A stretch of DNA of 34,331 nt from Kiritimatiellia bacterium (GTDB lineage: Bacteria; Verrucomicrobiota; Kiritimatiellia; RFP12; UBA1067), in contig JAGBWQ010000030.1 of NCBI GenBank assembly GCA_017629735.1, forward strand, positions 1-34,331, in the 5' to 3' direction. Of the stretch, positions 1 to 7,715 are shown piece by piece. The position numbers were made by a program, and so were the translations under genes. The stretch's first letter is position 1; each line of letters begins with the position of its first letter. The notes below the pieces were generated by a model. That model saw only the letters and a list, made by a program, of their open reading frames with translations. It did not search any database and had not been told where the DNA came from.

Positions 1-138
1 ATGCACACCGTGAAGGCCGCAGAACCGGAGTCGATTCGGCAGCCTGCACAGCGACGGCGGAAAAGCCGCGGCGTATCCGACGCGGATTTAGCGAGCACCA
101 GCGCCGAATCGACTCCGGCTCGAAGGCCTTGCGTGCAT
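1..138. repeat. Long interrupted inverted repeat / structured element (possible ncRNA, MITE- or REP-like element); may extend past the window edge
   Basis: Perfect 16-bp arms ccggagtcgattcggc (25-40) and gccgaatcgactccgg (103-118). Outer pairs aaggcc 13-18/ggcctt 125-130 and atgcac 1-6/gtgcat 133-138. Inner hairpins cggc-ggaaaa-gccg (55-68) and atccg-acg-cggat (75-87). Confidence 0.75.
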
Positions 139-170
139 CAATTCAAAAAAGTGGGATAAGGGTGATTACT

Positions 171-722
171 TCAAAGGCGGCGCCAGAGGCAGAGGCGAGT
201 TTTGCCGTAGGAACGGTCGCGCACGAGTTCCCAGCCGGGAACAGACGAGATATTTTGGGAGGCTGTCATCTCTGCCGCAAAAAGACCTCCCTGCAAGACA
301 ACATTACGCGCTATAAGCGTCGCAAGAACATCCGCATACCCCTTCTCCTCGCCAAGCGCATAAGGAGGATCGGCAAACGCAATATTAAAAGCTGGCCCTG
401 AATATGTAGAGAGGAATCGATAACAATCCCCCGTCACAACTCGCGTTTTTGCAGAACAACCAAGAGTCGTTGCATTCTCAGACACAACCGCCGAATGGCG
501 TCGATCAGCCTCGACAAACACCGCCTCCGCTGCACCACGGGAAATCGCCTCAAGCCCTACTGCCCCAGAACCTGCAAAAAGATCTAAAAACCGCGCCCCT
601 GCAATTTCGCACTGCACCATGCTGAAAAAAGCCTCGCGCACCCTATCCTGAGTTGGGCGCAAAGCCCCTGATGTTGGAACTTTTATGCGACGGCCACCAA
701 ATTCTCCACCTGCAATACGCAT
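171..722 (-). CDS. rsmD: 16S rRNA (guanine966-N2)-methyltransferase RsmD
   Basis: Starts MRIAGGEFGGRRI; LRPTQDRVREAFF; SAM motif LDLFAGSGAVGLEAISRGA; DPPY; C-terminal YGKT. Confidence 0.95.
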   Translation of the reverse strand: MRIAGGEFGGRRIKVPTSGALRPTQDRVREAFFSMVQCEIAGARFLDLFAGSGAVGLEAISRGAAEAVFVEADRRHSAVVSENATTLGCSAKTRVVTGDCYRFLSTYSGPAFNIAFADPPYALGEEKGYADVLATLIARNVVLQGGLFAAEMTASQNISSVPGWELVRDRSYGKTRLCLWRRL

Positions 723-725
723 AAA

Positions 726-1601
726 TTACAACTCCGAAACTACCACCGGCGCCCCCTTGGGCAAAAGCATTTCCAACTCAGCGCGGTCGGAAGCACTAAA
801 CTCCACTCCAATCGTACTCCAGAATTTGCGAATCGGAATAGTCACCTCATATGTATCCGCTGGAGCCGAAACCACTGAAGTAATATCGTAACGCTTGAAA
901 AACTTGCCATTAAGCGAAAGATCAGCAAGTTTAGACCTTCGATGAAGCACAAGCCTAAAACGCGGATGATTCATCACATTCACCTTCTCCCCTATCCGCA
1001 GCTGGGAGACGCTCTTGTCATTAAGTTTAACAAGCGAAGCAAAGGTTGAGCCGTTTTCCGCCGCAATGCGCGTAGCATAATCGCCACGACGAACAGTAAC
1101 GGTCTTCACCCACTGCGCATTGCGCAAAACAAAAAGCCTCTTAAAATTAAGCACTCCAAGCCGCCGCGCAAGATGGTCATCAAGATCGGCCGCAGGCGAC
1201 CCAGGCAAAGCCCTTATCTGCTCAATAGTAGTAATCGCCATCTCCACATTGCCTTTGCTCTCCGCCTCTTGAAGACGCATAATCAAATTCTGCAACATTG
1301 GAGGGCGCTTCTCAAACGACTTCCCAAGAACCCCCTTATTAGGAGGAGTAGGAGCAACATTTACACGAGGCGGCGGAACTGCCTTGGAAGCACTAGGCAC
1401 AGGAGAAGGAATTTGCTCCTCAACGACGGGCAACTCTTTGCCGCCCTCCTCTTGCTTCTGCCAAACTCGCGAAATAAGTGTATAAACGAGCGAGATCGCC
1501 ACAAGGATAACTAGACAAACGACCAAACATCCCAAGCCGCCCGATTCTCTTTCGGACGGCTTGTCGAAATGCTCGATGCCGTATTTCCCTTTGGCGATCA
1601 T
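726..1601 (-). CDS. Membrane-anchored LysM protein with degenerate L,D-transpeptidase (YkuD)-like C-terminal domain
   Basis: N-terminal TM helix (CLVVCLVILVAISLVYTLI), Pro-rich linker, LysM-like TVTVRRGDYATRIA...LVKLN...LRIGEKV. YkuD-like first strands and terminal ...DRAELEMLLPKGAPVVV. Confidence 0.7.
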   Translation of the reverse strand: MIAKGKYGIEHFDKPSERESGGLGCLVVCLVILVAISLVYTLISRVWQKQEEGGKELPVVEEQIPSPVPSASKAVPPPRVNVAPTPPNKGVLGKSFEKRPPMLQNLIMRLQEAESKGNVEMAITTIEQIRALPGSPAADLDDHLARRLGVLNFKRLFVLRNAQWVKTVTVRRGDYATRIAAENGSTFASLVKLNDKSVSQLRIGEKVNVMNHPRFRLVLHRRSKLADLSLNGKFFKRYDITSVVSAPADTYEVTIPIRKFWSTIGVEFSASDRAELEMLLPKGAPVVVSEL

Positions 1602-1612
1602 CGCGCCGCAAG

Positions 1613-1939
1613 TTACTTGGCGCTCTCGCCCTCTGCGGGGACAACTGCGCTTACGCTCGCGCGTGCAATTTCAATCGTTACGCCAGGGCAGATTTCAACC
1701 TTGAAAGTCTTCTCGGTTGCCTCCTGGATCGTGCCCATGAGTCCGCCCGCGAAAATGATCTTTGCACCAGCGCGCAATTCGTCGATCATTTTTCTGCGCT
1801 CCTTCTCCTTGCGCTGCTGAGGACGCACAAGCATGAAGTAGAAAATAGCAAGGATAAGCAACAGCGGCACAAACATTCCCATGCCAGACTGTGTGGGAGC
1901 GGCAGGAGCCGCATTGCAGAGCATCAACAACGAATTCAT
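1613..1939 (-). CDS. yajC: Preprotein translocase subunit YajC
   Basis: Single TM then FYFMLVRPQQRKEKERRKMIDELRAGAKIIFAGGLMG; directly downstream of tgt; SD aaagga. Confidence 0.95.
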   Translation of the reverse strand: MNSLLMLCNAAPAAPTQSGMGMFVPLLLILAIFYFMLVRPQQRKEKERRKMIDELRAGAKIIFAGGLMGTIQEATEKTFKVEICPGVTIEIARASVSAVVPAEGESAK

Positions 1940-1993
1940 TTTTTGTTCCTTTCTGATCTTAACTGACTTTTGTTTACCTTAAAATTTGCCGTA

Positions 1994-3091
1994 TCAAACT
2001 ATCTTGGAATACTCTTCTCTGAACGCTCCGAAAGTCCCGTCGGCGATAGATTTACGCATATCCTCCATAAACCTGTTGAGCGCCCACACATTATGTATGG
2101 TAAGAAGTCTCAAGCCAAGAATCTCGCCACACGCCAGAAGATGACGAACATAAGAGCGCGAGAAATTGCGGCAGCAGTAGCATGTGCACCCCTCTTCCAC
2201 TGGGCCTTGATCAAATGCCCATTTTGCCGCTTTTATCGCCACATTCCCCTTCCGCGTAATGGCAGTACCATGGCGCGCTATGCGAGTAGGAATGACGCAA
2301 TCGAACATGTCGACACCACGCGCCACACACTCCACCATCTGCCGCATAACGCCAAGCCCCATAACATAGCGTGGGCGATCTTTCGGCAAGAAAGGAACGC
2401 TCGCATCGACAGCCTGATACATATACTTCTCAGGCTCGCCAACAGAAACGCCCCCGACTGCATAGCCATCAAAACCAATCTCAACAAGACTTTCGGCGCA
2501 GTGCCTGCGTATATCGTCGTACACGCCGCCTTGCACAATCCCGAAAACTTGCTGACCTGGCGCATGAGGCTCTTCTTTACTGCGCCGCGCCCAGCGGATA
2601 GATCTTTCTACCGAAGCTTCCGCACGCGCGCGATCGCACGGATAGGGAAGGCATTCATCGAAGACCATGGCAATATCGGAGCCAAGCACCCTCTGCATCG
2701 CCATCGACTCCTTAGGCCCAAGGAAGAACTCGTGTCCATCGATATGCGAGTTGAACCTACAACCCTCTTCAGTAAATGTACGACGCTTCGCCAATGAAAA
2801 AACTTGAAAGCCACCTGAGTCGGTAAGGATCGGACCATCCCAACGCATGAACGAATGAAGCCCACCAGCGGCGGCGATGATCTCGGGACCTGGCCTTAAA
2901 AGAAGGTGATATGTATTGCCCAACACCACCTGCGCCTTAAGCTCTTTCAAGTCGCGAGGCTCAAGCGCCTTTACCGAGCCAAGCGTCCCCACATCCATAA
3001 ACACAGGCGTTTCCACGACACCATGCGCCGTCGTTAAGCGACCAAGCCTTGCTGCCGAACCTAAATCTTCCTTTATAACCTCAAAACTCAT
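1994..3091 (-). CDS. tgt: tRNA-guanine transglycosylase (queuine tRNA-ribosyltransferase)
   Basis: ETPVFM, LGNTYHL, ILTDSGGFQVFSL, DMFDCVIPTR, Zn site CTCYCC...H. Start moved from 3166 to ATG 3091 (MSFEV), which matches the family N-terminus and the upstream -10 box. Confidence 0.97.
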   Translation of the reverse strand: MSFEVIKEDLGSAARLGRLTTAHGVVETPVFMDVGTLGSVKALEPRDLKELKAQVVLGNTYHLLLRPGPEIIAAAGGLHSFMRWDGPILTDSGGFQVFSLAKRRTFTEEGCRFNSHIDGHEFFLGPKESMAMQRVLGSDIAMVFDECLPYPCDRARAEASVERSIRWARRSKEEPHAPGQQVFGIVQGGVYDDIRRHCAESLVEIGFDGYAVGGVSVGEPEKYMYQAVDASVPFLPKDRPRYVMGLGVMRQMVECVARGVDMFDCVIPTRIARHGTAITRKGNVAIKAAKWAFDQGPVEEGCTCYCCRNFSRSYVRHLLACGEILGLRLLTIHNVWALNRFMEDMRKSIADGTFGAFREEYSKIV

Positions 3092-3099
3092 TGATGCGT

Positions 3100-3108
3100 A
3101 TTTTACCA
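3100..3108 (-). promoter_or_regulatory. Extended -10 element (TGgTAAAAT) 8 nt upstream of the tgt ATG; predicted leaderless promoter
   Basis: Minus strand reads tttTGgTAAAATacgcatcaATG; no SD. Confidence 0.6.
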
Positions 3109-3116
3109 AAATCCCC

Positions 3117-3145
3117 TTGCCATTTTTTGAAAAATTGTGTATCAT
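3117..3145 (+). promoter_or_regulatory. Sigma70-type promoter for the 3192 gene (TTGCCA-N17-TATCAT, with TG extension)
   Basis: TTGCCA 3117-3122, 17-nt spacer ending tgtg, TATCAT 3140-3145; SD-like aaggaag before ATG 3192. Confidence 0.6.
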
Positions 3146-3191
3146 TCTCACCAATATTAGTCTCATAGTCTAAAAGACAGACAAGGAAGAT

Positions 3192-4322
3192 ATGAACAAA
3201 GCCCTTTACGTATTCGTATATGTGTTTCTGATACTCTCTGGCGCTGCGCTCTTTTTTGAAATAGAGCTCAACGGCAAGCGCGCTGAATTGACAGATCGCA
3301 ACCGCATGCAAGAGGACTATCTCGTCCGAATCGCAAAGACTATCGAAAAGGTCGAGCCCGACAAAAACTCCACTTTCGAAATTCAGAAAGACGCATCTGC
3401 CGTCGAGAACAAGGATATCGCTCCCGAGATGGAGAACATTCTCGAAGAATATCCCGCCCCTCTCGAGCAGAGCAACCTCGAAACCTACAACTGGGAAAAC
3501 AGCCGCGATCAGCTCCGCTCCGTTTATGTCATCGATCCGATGACGGGCAAGCCTGTAATGGACGGCAATCAGCCCCAGACGCGCGGCAGTGACGAGCAGA
3601 AAATGCTCGAGCAGCTCTTTGGCAGCGCAAAGGAGCAGCAGACGCGCCTCAACAACACTCGCGCCCAGCTCACGGAACTGCGCGCAAGACTCGAGTCTGT
3701 TGTTAATGAGCTCAATAAACTCAAGCCCGAAGCCCGTAAGGACAAGGTGACGATCGACGATAGGAACGCAAAGATCGCCAAGCTTGAAGAAGCCAAGACT
3801 CAGCTCGAAGACTCGATTAAGAAACTCAAAGCTCAGATCGATGAGCTCAACGGCGAAATCACTTCTCTTAGAGACGAAGTTCAGACGGCCAAGAACGAAA
3901 CTGAAGCCGCCAAGGAAGAGCTCGCAAAAGAGCAGAAGAAGACCGAACAGCTCAAGATGCTTGTTAAGGAGCTTATCGCAGAAGCCAATGCTCGCTCCGC
4001 CAAGGGTGGCCGCGCAGCAGTCACTTCTATCACGAATGGCGACAAGGGCAAGGTCGTCCACTGCGACAACAAGTTTATGTTCGCTATCGTCGAGTTCAGC
4101 GACGAAGCCATCAAGGAGCTTAAGGGCGAAGACTTCTCTCGTCCCCTTCCTGTTCTTGAGCTGAGCGTCCGCCGCGAAGGCTTCAAGGGCCAGGCCGGCG
4201 AGTTTATCGGCCGCATTCGTCTCCGTCAGGAAGTCAAGGGCAAGAACTTCATCATCTGCGATATCCTCGGCGAATGGGAACAGGCCAAACTCCAGAAGGG
4301 CGACATTGTCGTAGCTGACTAA
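3192..4322 (+). CDS. N-terminally anchored long coiled-coil protein with small C-terminal beta domain, function unknown
   Basis: N-terminal hydrophobic helix; E/K/Q/L-rich heptads over about residues 135-270; beta-rich tail (GKVVHCD...FAIVE...GRIRL...KGDIVV); strong codon bias. Confidence 0.85.
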   Translation: MNKALYVFVYVFLILSGAALFFEIELNGKRAELTDRNRMQEDYLVRIAKTIEKVEPDKNSTFEIQKDASAVENKDIAPEMENILEEYPAPLEQSNLETYNWENSRDQLRSVYVIDPMTGKPVMDGNQPQTRGSDEQKMLEQLFGSAKEQQTRLNNTRAQLTELRARLESVVNELNKLKPEARKDKVTIDDRNAKIAKLEEAKTQLEDSIKKLKAQIDELNGEITSLRDEVQTAKNETEAAKEELAKEQKKTEQLKMLVKELIAEANARSAKGGRAAVTSITNGDKGKVVHCDNKFMFAIVEFSDEAIKELKGEDFSRPLPVLELSVRREGFKGQAGEFIGRIRLRQEVKGKNFIICDILGEWEQAKLQKGDIVVAD

Positions 4323-4329
4323 TCGCAAC

Positions 4330-4506
4330 ATGGCCAAAAAACTTCTATCGCATACTTTCAGGGTGCTTCTCGCTTCTATAGCGTTTGGCACCCTTGTTGG
4401 TTGCATAGCAGACAATGCGGAAGATACAGACCTGCCGTGGGCATCAAACCGCGGTTGGGAAGGAATCGCTCCTATTTCTCCCGCAGTGATGGATCGTTAC
4501 GATTGA
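4330..4506 (+). CDS. Small predicted lipoprotein, 58 aa (not in the supplied ORF track)
   Basis: My translation: MAKKLLSHTFRVLLASIAFGTLVGCIADNAEDTDLPWASNRGWEGIAPISPAVMDRYD*. Basic n-region, hydrophobic h-region, lipobox LVG|C; fills the gap between two same-strand genes. Confidence 0.8.
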   Translation: MAKKLLSHTFRVLLASIAFGTLVGCIADNAEDTDLPWASNRGWEGIAPISPAVMDRYD

Positions 4507-4523
4507 TGTAACGAATTGCCAAA

Positions 4524-5486
4524 TTGATCAAAGACACACAGATACGCGCCTCGCAAGGAGGAATGCGTCTTGACGCGGCAATACTTGAAGCATTTCCCTC
4601 TGCTTCCAGAGCCTTTGTACGCGATGCTATTGCTGCAGGAAACATTCTCGTAAACGGGAGACGATTTCGCAAAGGCGCAAAGCTCGCAGGAAATGAAATT
4701 ATTTCCATCAAGGAACTCTTAGAAGAATCGGACAATCTTGTCTTGCCCGAAAGCGGAGGCGATCTTAACGTCGTTTACGAAGACGATTTGATTGTAGCTT
4801 TCGACAAAACAGCAGGCATGAGCGTCCAGCCTCTCTCGTGCAAAGAGACAGGCACACTGATGAACTTAGCAGTATCAGTTTATCCTGAATGCAGGAAGAT
4901 CTCGGAAACGGACTCTCAAGGGAAAATAAGAAATACATTGATGGCGGGAGCGCTTCACCGAATCGACGCCGACACCTCTGGGCTTGTGATTGTAGCGCGC
5001 AGCCAAGAAGCGTTTGATTTTATCCGCGATCAATTTTCGATGCAGACGGTTGAAAAAACTTACCTTGCTCTAGTTGAAGGAAATTTTTGCGAAGGAGGAA
5101 GAATCGAAGGCGATCTCATCCACGATCCGACAGTCCCCTTCTGCAGAATGGTCGATCTTAAAAACAACCGCCTACACCCTTCGCAAGTTGCAAGGGCGAA
5201 GCCTCTGCATGCCGTAACAGAATACAAACCCATCGGGCACACGCGAAAAGAAAACGAAGATCTTACTCTTCTTGAAGTTACAATTTACACTGGAGTTACG
5301 CATCAGATAAGAGCGCAACTTGCATCATCTGGCATGCATATTGTAAACGATAGGCTCTACGGTGCTTTTGCTGTTGAAGGAATGACTGGTCACTGCCTAC
5401 ACTCTTTATCGGCAAAAATTATCCACCCATCTTCTGGCGAAAAAGTAACAATAAAAACTCCTTTGCCTGAGTGGGCAAAATTTTAA
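4524..5486 (+). CDS. RluA-family (RluD-like) 23S rRNA pseudouridine synthase with N-terminal S4 domain
   Basis: S4-like MRLDAAI...SRAFVR..I..GNILVNG; VVYEDD; catalytic HRIDADTSG; TGVTHQIRAQLA; DRLYG. Confidence 0.93.
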   Translation: MIKDTQIRASQGGMRLDAAILEAFPSASRAFVRDAIAAGNILVNGRRFRKGAKLAGNEIISIKELLEESDNLVLPESGGDLNVVYEDDLIVAFDKTAGMSVQPLSCKETGTLMNLAVSVYPECRKISETDSQGKIRNTLMAGALHRIDADTSGLVIVARSQEAFDFIRDQFSMQTVEKTYLALVEGNFCEGGRIEGDLIHDPTVPFCRMVDLKNNRLHPSQVARAKPLHAVTEYKPIGHTRKENEDLTLLEVTIYTGVTHQIRAQLASSGMHIVNDRLYGAFAVEGMTGHCLHSLSAKIIHPSSGEKVTIKTPLPEWAKF

Positions 5487-5489
5487 AGC

Positions 5490-5978
5490 CTACACAGATG
5501 TTGCGGCAACAACAAGCATGCCGAGCGCATGAACTACCGCTTGCTTTCTTACTAGCTCGCGATCTCCTTGGAAAAAAGCCTTTTCTGCTCGCGTGCCTGA
5601 TGACGAGGAAACTGCAAACCAAACAGTTCCAACTGGTTTTTCTGCCGTTCCTCCGCCGGGCCCTGCAATGCCAGTAATAGACACTGCAATGTCTGCGCCG
5701 TAAAGTCTGCGCGATCCTTCTGCCATTTCTACTGCGCACTCAGATGAAACGGCGCCATAGCGCTCTAAAGTATCACTGGAGACTCGAAGCACCGCTTCCT
5801 TCGCGCTATTGGCGTATGTTACAGCTCCTCCAAGGAAAACCTCACTTGCACCAGAGACTGATGTAATTGCCTGAGAGACGCCACCACCTGTACAGCTTTC
5901 TGCCGTAGCACAAGTCATACCGCTCGATTTAAGCAATTCGACAAGAACAGCGGCTGTCTTTTCAGGAGAGATATTCAC
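5490..5978 (-). CDS. pncC: CinA C-terminal domain protein / nicotinamide-nucleotide amidohydrolase PncC
   Basis: ATAESCTGG, VTYANSAK, GAVSSECAVEMAEG, SITGIAGPGGGT.EKPVGTV. GTG start at 5978 overlaps the upstream TGA (GTGA coupling). Confidence 0.9.
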   Translation of the reverse strand: MNISPEKTAAVLVELLKSSGMTCATAESCTGGGVSQAITSVSGASEVFLGGAVTYANSAKEAVLRVSSDTLERYGAVSSECAVEMAEGSRRLYGADIAVSITGIAGPGGGTAEKPVGTVWFAVSSSSGTRAEKAFFQGDRELVRKQAVVHALGMLVVAATSV

Positions 5979-7060
5979 GATACAATCCCCCACTCGCGCA
6001 GAGGCTCCACAGGAAGCCCCATAATATTCTCATATCCACCACTGCTGTACGAGGATATAAGATTAAATCCGCTATCGTCAATATCGTAAGCCCCTGCACG
6101 ATCAAGAGGACAGACGCGCGTTACATAATCTTCTATCACCTCGTCGGGAAGAACGCGAAATGCCACATCTGAGCGAACTGTCTTTACATCGCCATCGCAC
6201 ACAACTGCCGTATACACCGAATGGACATTACCCGAAAGCTCGCGCAAGAACGCCCTTGCCTCGTCAAGATCACGCGGCTTGCCATATATCTTGCCGTTTA
6301 ACCACACGATCGTATCAGCGGCAATAACATGGCCGCGAGATTTGACGGCGGCGCCTTTAGCCAATGCATTTTCGCGAACAGTTCTCCCCGGGTCTCCCGG
6401 ATAGATGACCTCCTCCACATCAGTTTTAACAACTATAAAATCAACTCCGTGGTCGCGCAGAATTTTTGCTCTTCGCGGGCTAGCGCTCGCAAGAACATTG
6501 AACGCCACAGGCCCTTCGCGCAAAAGAACAAGCTCACCCTTATCTGATTTTGCGACGGTCGAAGCTTCGCCCCCTGGCGAGAGACCATCGTCCACCACAA
6601 TATCAGCACCAAGACCAACATTCTCAAATGTGAGCGCAGCATCAGTAGCAGGCGCACAGCCCGATTCATTTGCGCTCGTCACACGCAAAACGCCGCCGCA
6701 CCTTGAAATAAGTTCGCGCGTAAAAACATGATTAGGAACGCGCACACCTTCAAATGTGCCATTAGACGACGGAAGGACAAGCGTCAACGCGCCTGGCCAA
6801 TGAAGTTTTGCCAAGCGACGAGGCTGCGCCTCAAGGCCGCCAAGAAAATTTTCAACCGCCATCACATCCGATGCAAGCAATGCTATCGGCTTATCCGAGG
6901 GGCGCCCCTTCAAAGAAGAAAGGCGCGCAACCGCCTCAGGACAATCAGGATGCGCGGCAAGTCCATAGACTGTATCCGTGGGGATTACAGCTACTCCTCC
7001 CGCCTTCAATACACGCACAGCCTCTTCAAGGCCTGCACCATCTGCTTTTACCATCTTCAC
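5975..7060 (-). CDS. Fusion: L-threonylcarbamoyladenylate synthase (TsaC/YrdC/Sua5) + Maf-family nucleotide pyrophosphatase
   Basis: N-half: IPTDTVYGL, KGRPSDKPI, WPGALTLVL, GVRVP, TSANESG, LLREG. C-half: VLASASPRR, ENALAK, IAADTIV, IYGKP, LRELSG..HSVYT, AGAY, NIMGLP. One continuous ORF. Confidence 0.9.
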   Translation of the reverse strand: MKMVKADGAGLEEAVRVLKAGGVAVIPTDTVYGLAAHPDCPEAVARLSSLKGRPSDKPIALLASDVMAVENFLGGLEAQPRRLAKLHWPGALTLVLPSSNGTFEGVRVPNHVFTRELISRCGGVLRVTSANESGCAPATDAALTFENVGLGADIVVDDGLSPGGEASTVAKSDKGELVLLREGPVAFNVLASASPRRAKILRDHGVDFIVVKTDVEEVIYPGDPGRTVRENALAKGAAVKSRGHVIAADTIVWLNGKIYGKPRDLDEARAFLRELSGNVHSVYTAVVCDGDVKTVRSDVAFRVLPDEVIEDYVTRVCPLDRAGAYDIDDSGFNLISSYSSGGYENIMGLPVEPLREWGIVS

Positions 7061-7067
7061 AAAGCGG

Positions 7068-7076
7068 ATTATATCA
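7068..7076 (-). promoter_or_regulatory. Extended -10 (TGaTATAAT) 7 nt upstream of GTG 7060; predicted leaderless promoter
   Basis: Minus strand reads ttTGaTATAATccgctttGTG. Confidence 0.7.
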
Positions 7077-7081
7077 AATTA

Positions 7082-7090
7082 TGGTATACT
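7082..7090 (+). promoter_or_regulatory. Extended -10 (TGgTATACT) 7 nt upstream of ATG 7098; predicted leaderless promoter
   Basis: Plus strand reads aTGgTATACTccatcttATG. Confidence 0.65.
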
Positions 7091-7097
7091 CCATCTT

Positions 7098-7715
7098 ATG
7101 AAAAGGACGACAATTTCAACTGGCACATTCGAAGTTAACTGTTCCATACTTACAAACGGAGCAGATGCAATGGTTGTAGACCCGGGCGGCGAGCCAGAGA
7201 GAATTATTGCGATCATGCGCAAAGAAGGCGCGTCCCTCAAAGCGATTCTTCTTACACACGCACACTTCGACCACATTGGAGCTGTCAATCAGCTTCTTGA
7301 GGAATATCCCGATACGCCAGTATACATCGGCGAAAACGATATGCCTGTCGTCTCACACCCTTTCAATCAACTCCCTCCAGATTATCCGCCGTGCGCACCA
7401 TTCCCAAATATGCGCCCCGCATCGGAAGCTCATGGAGTTGAGGCAATTCCAACGCCTGGGCATACACCTGGAGGCGTCTGCTATTTTATCCGCGATTTCG
7501 CCCCAGAGACAAATACACCGCATCTCCTTCTTAGTGGAGACACTCTTTTTGCAGGCTCAATAGGCAGAACCGATCTTCCTGGCGGAGATATGGCAACGCT
7601 TTCGCGCAGTCTCGAAAGCCTTAAAAAACTGCCTTCCAATACGCTCGTCGTCCCAGGGCACGGCTACGAGACGACATTGGAAAGAGAAATATCCTCAAAC
7701 CCCTTCTTGGTTTAA
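7098..7715 (+). CDS. MBL-fold metallo-hydrolase (glyoxalase II-like, YcbL/GloC type)
   Basis: VVDPG, LLTHAHFDHIGA (HxHxDH), TPGHTPG, SGDTLFAGSIGRTD, PGHG. Start set at ATG 7098 because the longer ORF overlaps the divergent gene. Confidence 0.92.
   Translation: MKRTTISTGTFEVNCSILTNGADAMVVDPGGEPERIIAIMRKEGASLKAILLTHAHFDHIGAVNQLLEEYPDTPVYIGENDMPVVSHPFNQLPPDYPPCAPFPNMRPASEAHGVEAIPTPGHTPGGVCYFIRDFAPETNTPHLLLSGDTLFAGSIGRTDLPGGDMATLSRSLESLKKLPSNTLVVPGHGYETTLEREISSNPFLV

Noticed and set aside
41-102. Cloverleaf-like inner region as a tRNA
   Set aside because: No TTCRA T-loop, D-loop GG in context, 7-nt anticodon loop or CCA on either strand.
1-159. 52-codon ORF starting at base 1, and the 129-401 ORF
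   Set aside because: The first lies over the palindromic element and has no protein-like features; the second is antisense to rsmD.
3081-4415. 444-aa minus-strand ORF
   Set aside because: Antisense shadow of the coiled-coil gene (L/F-rich mirror of E/K codons).
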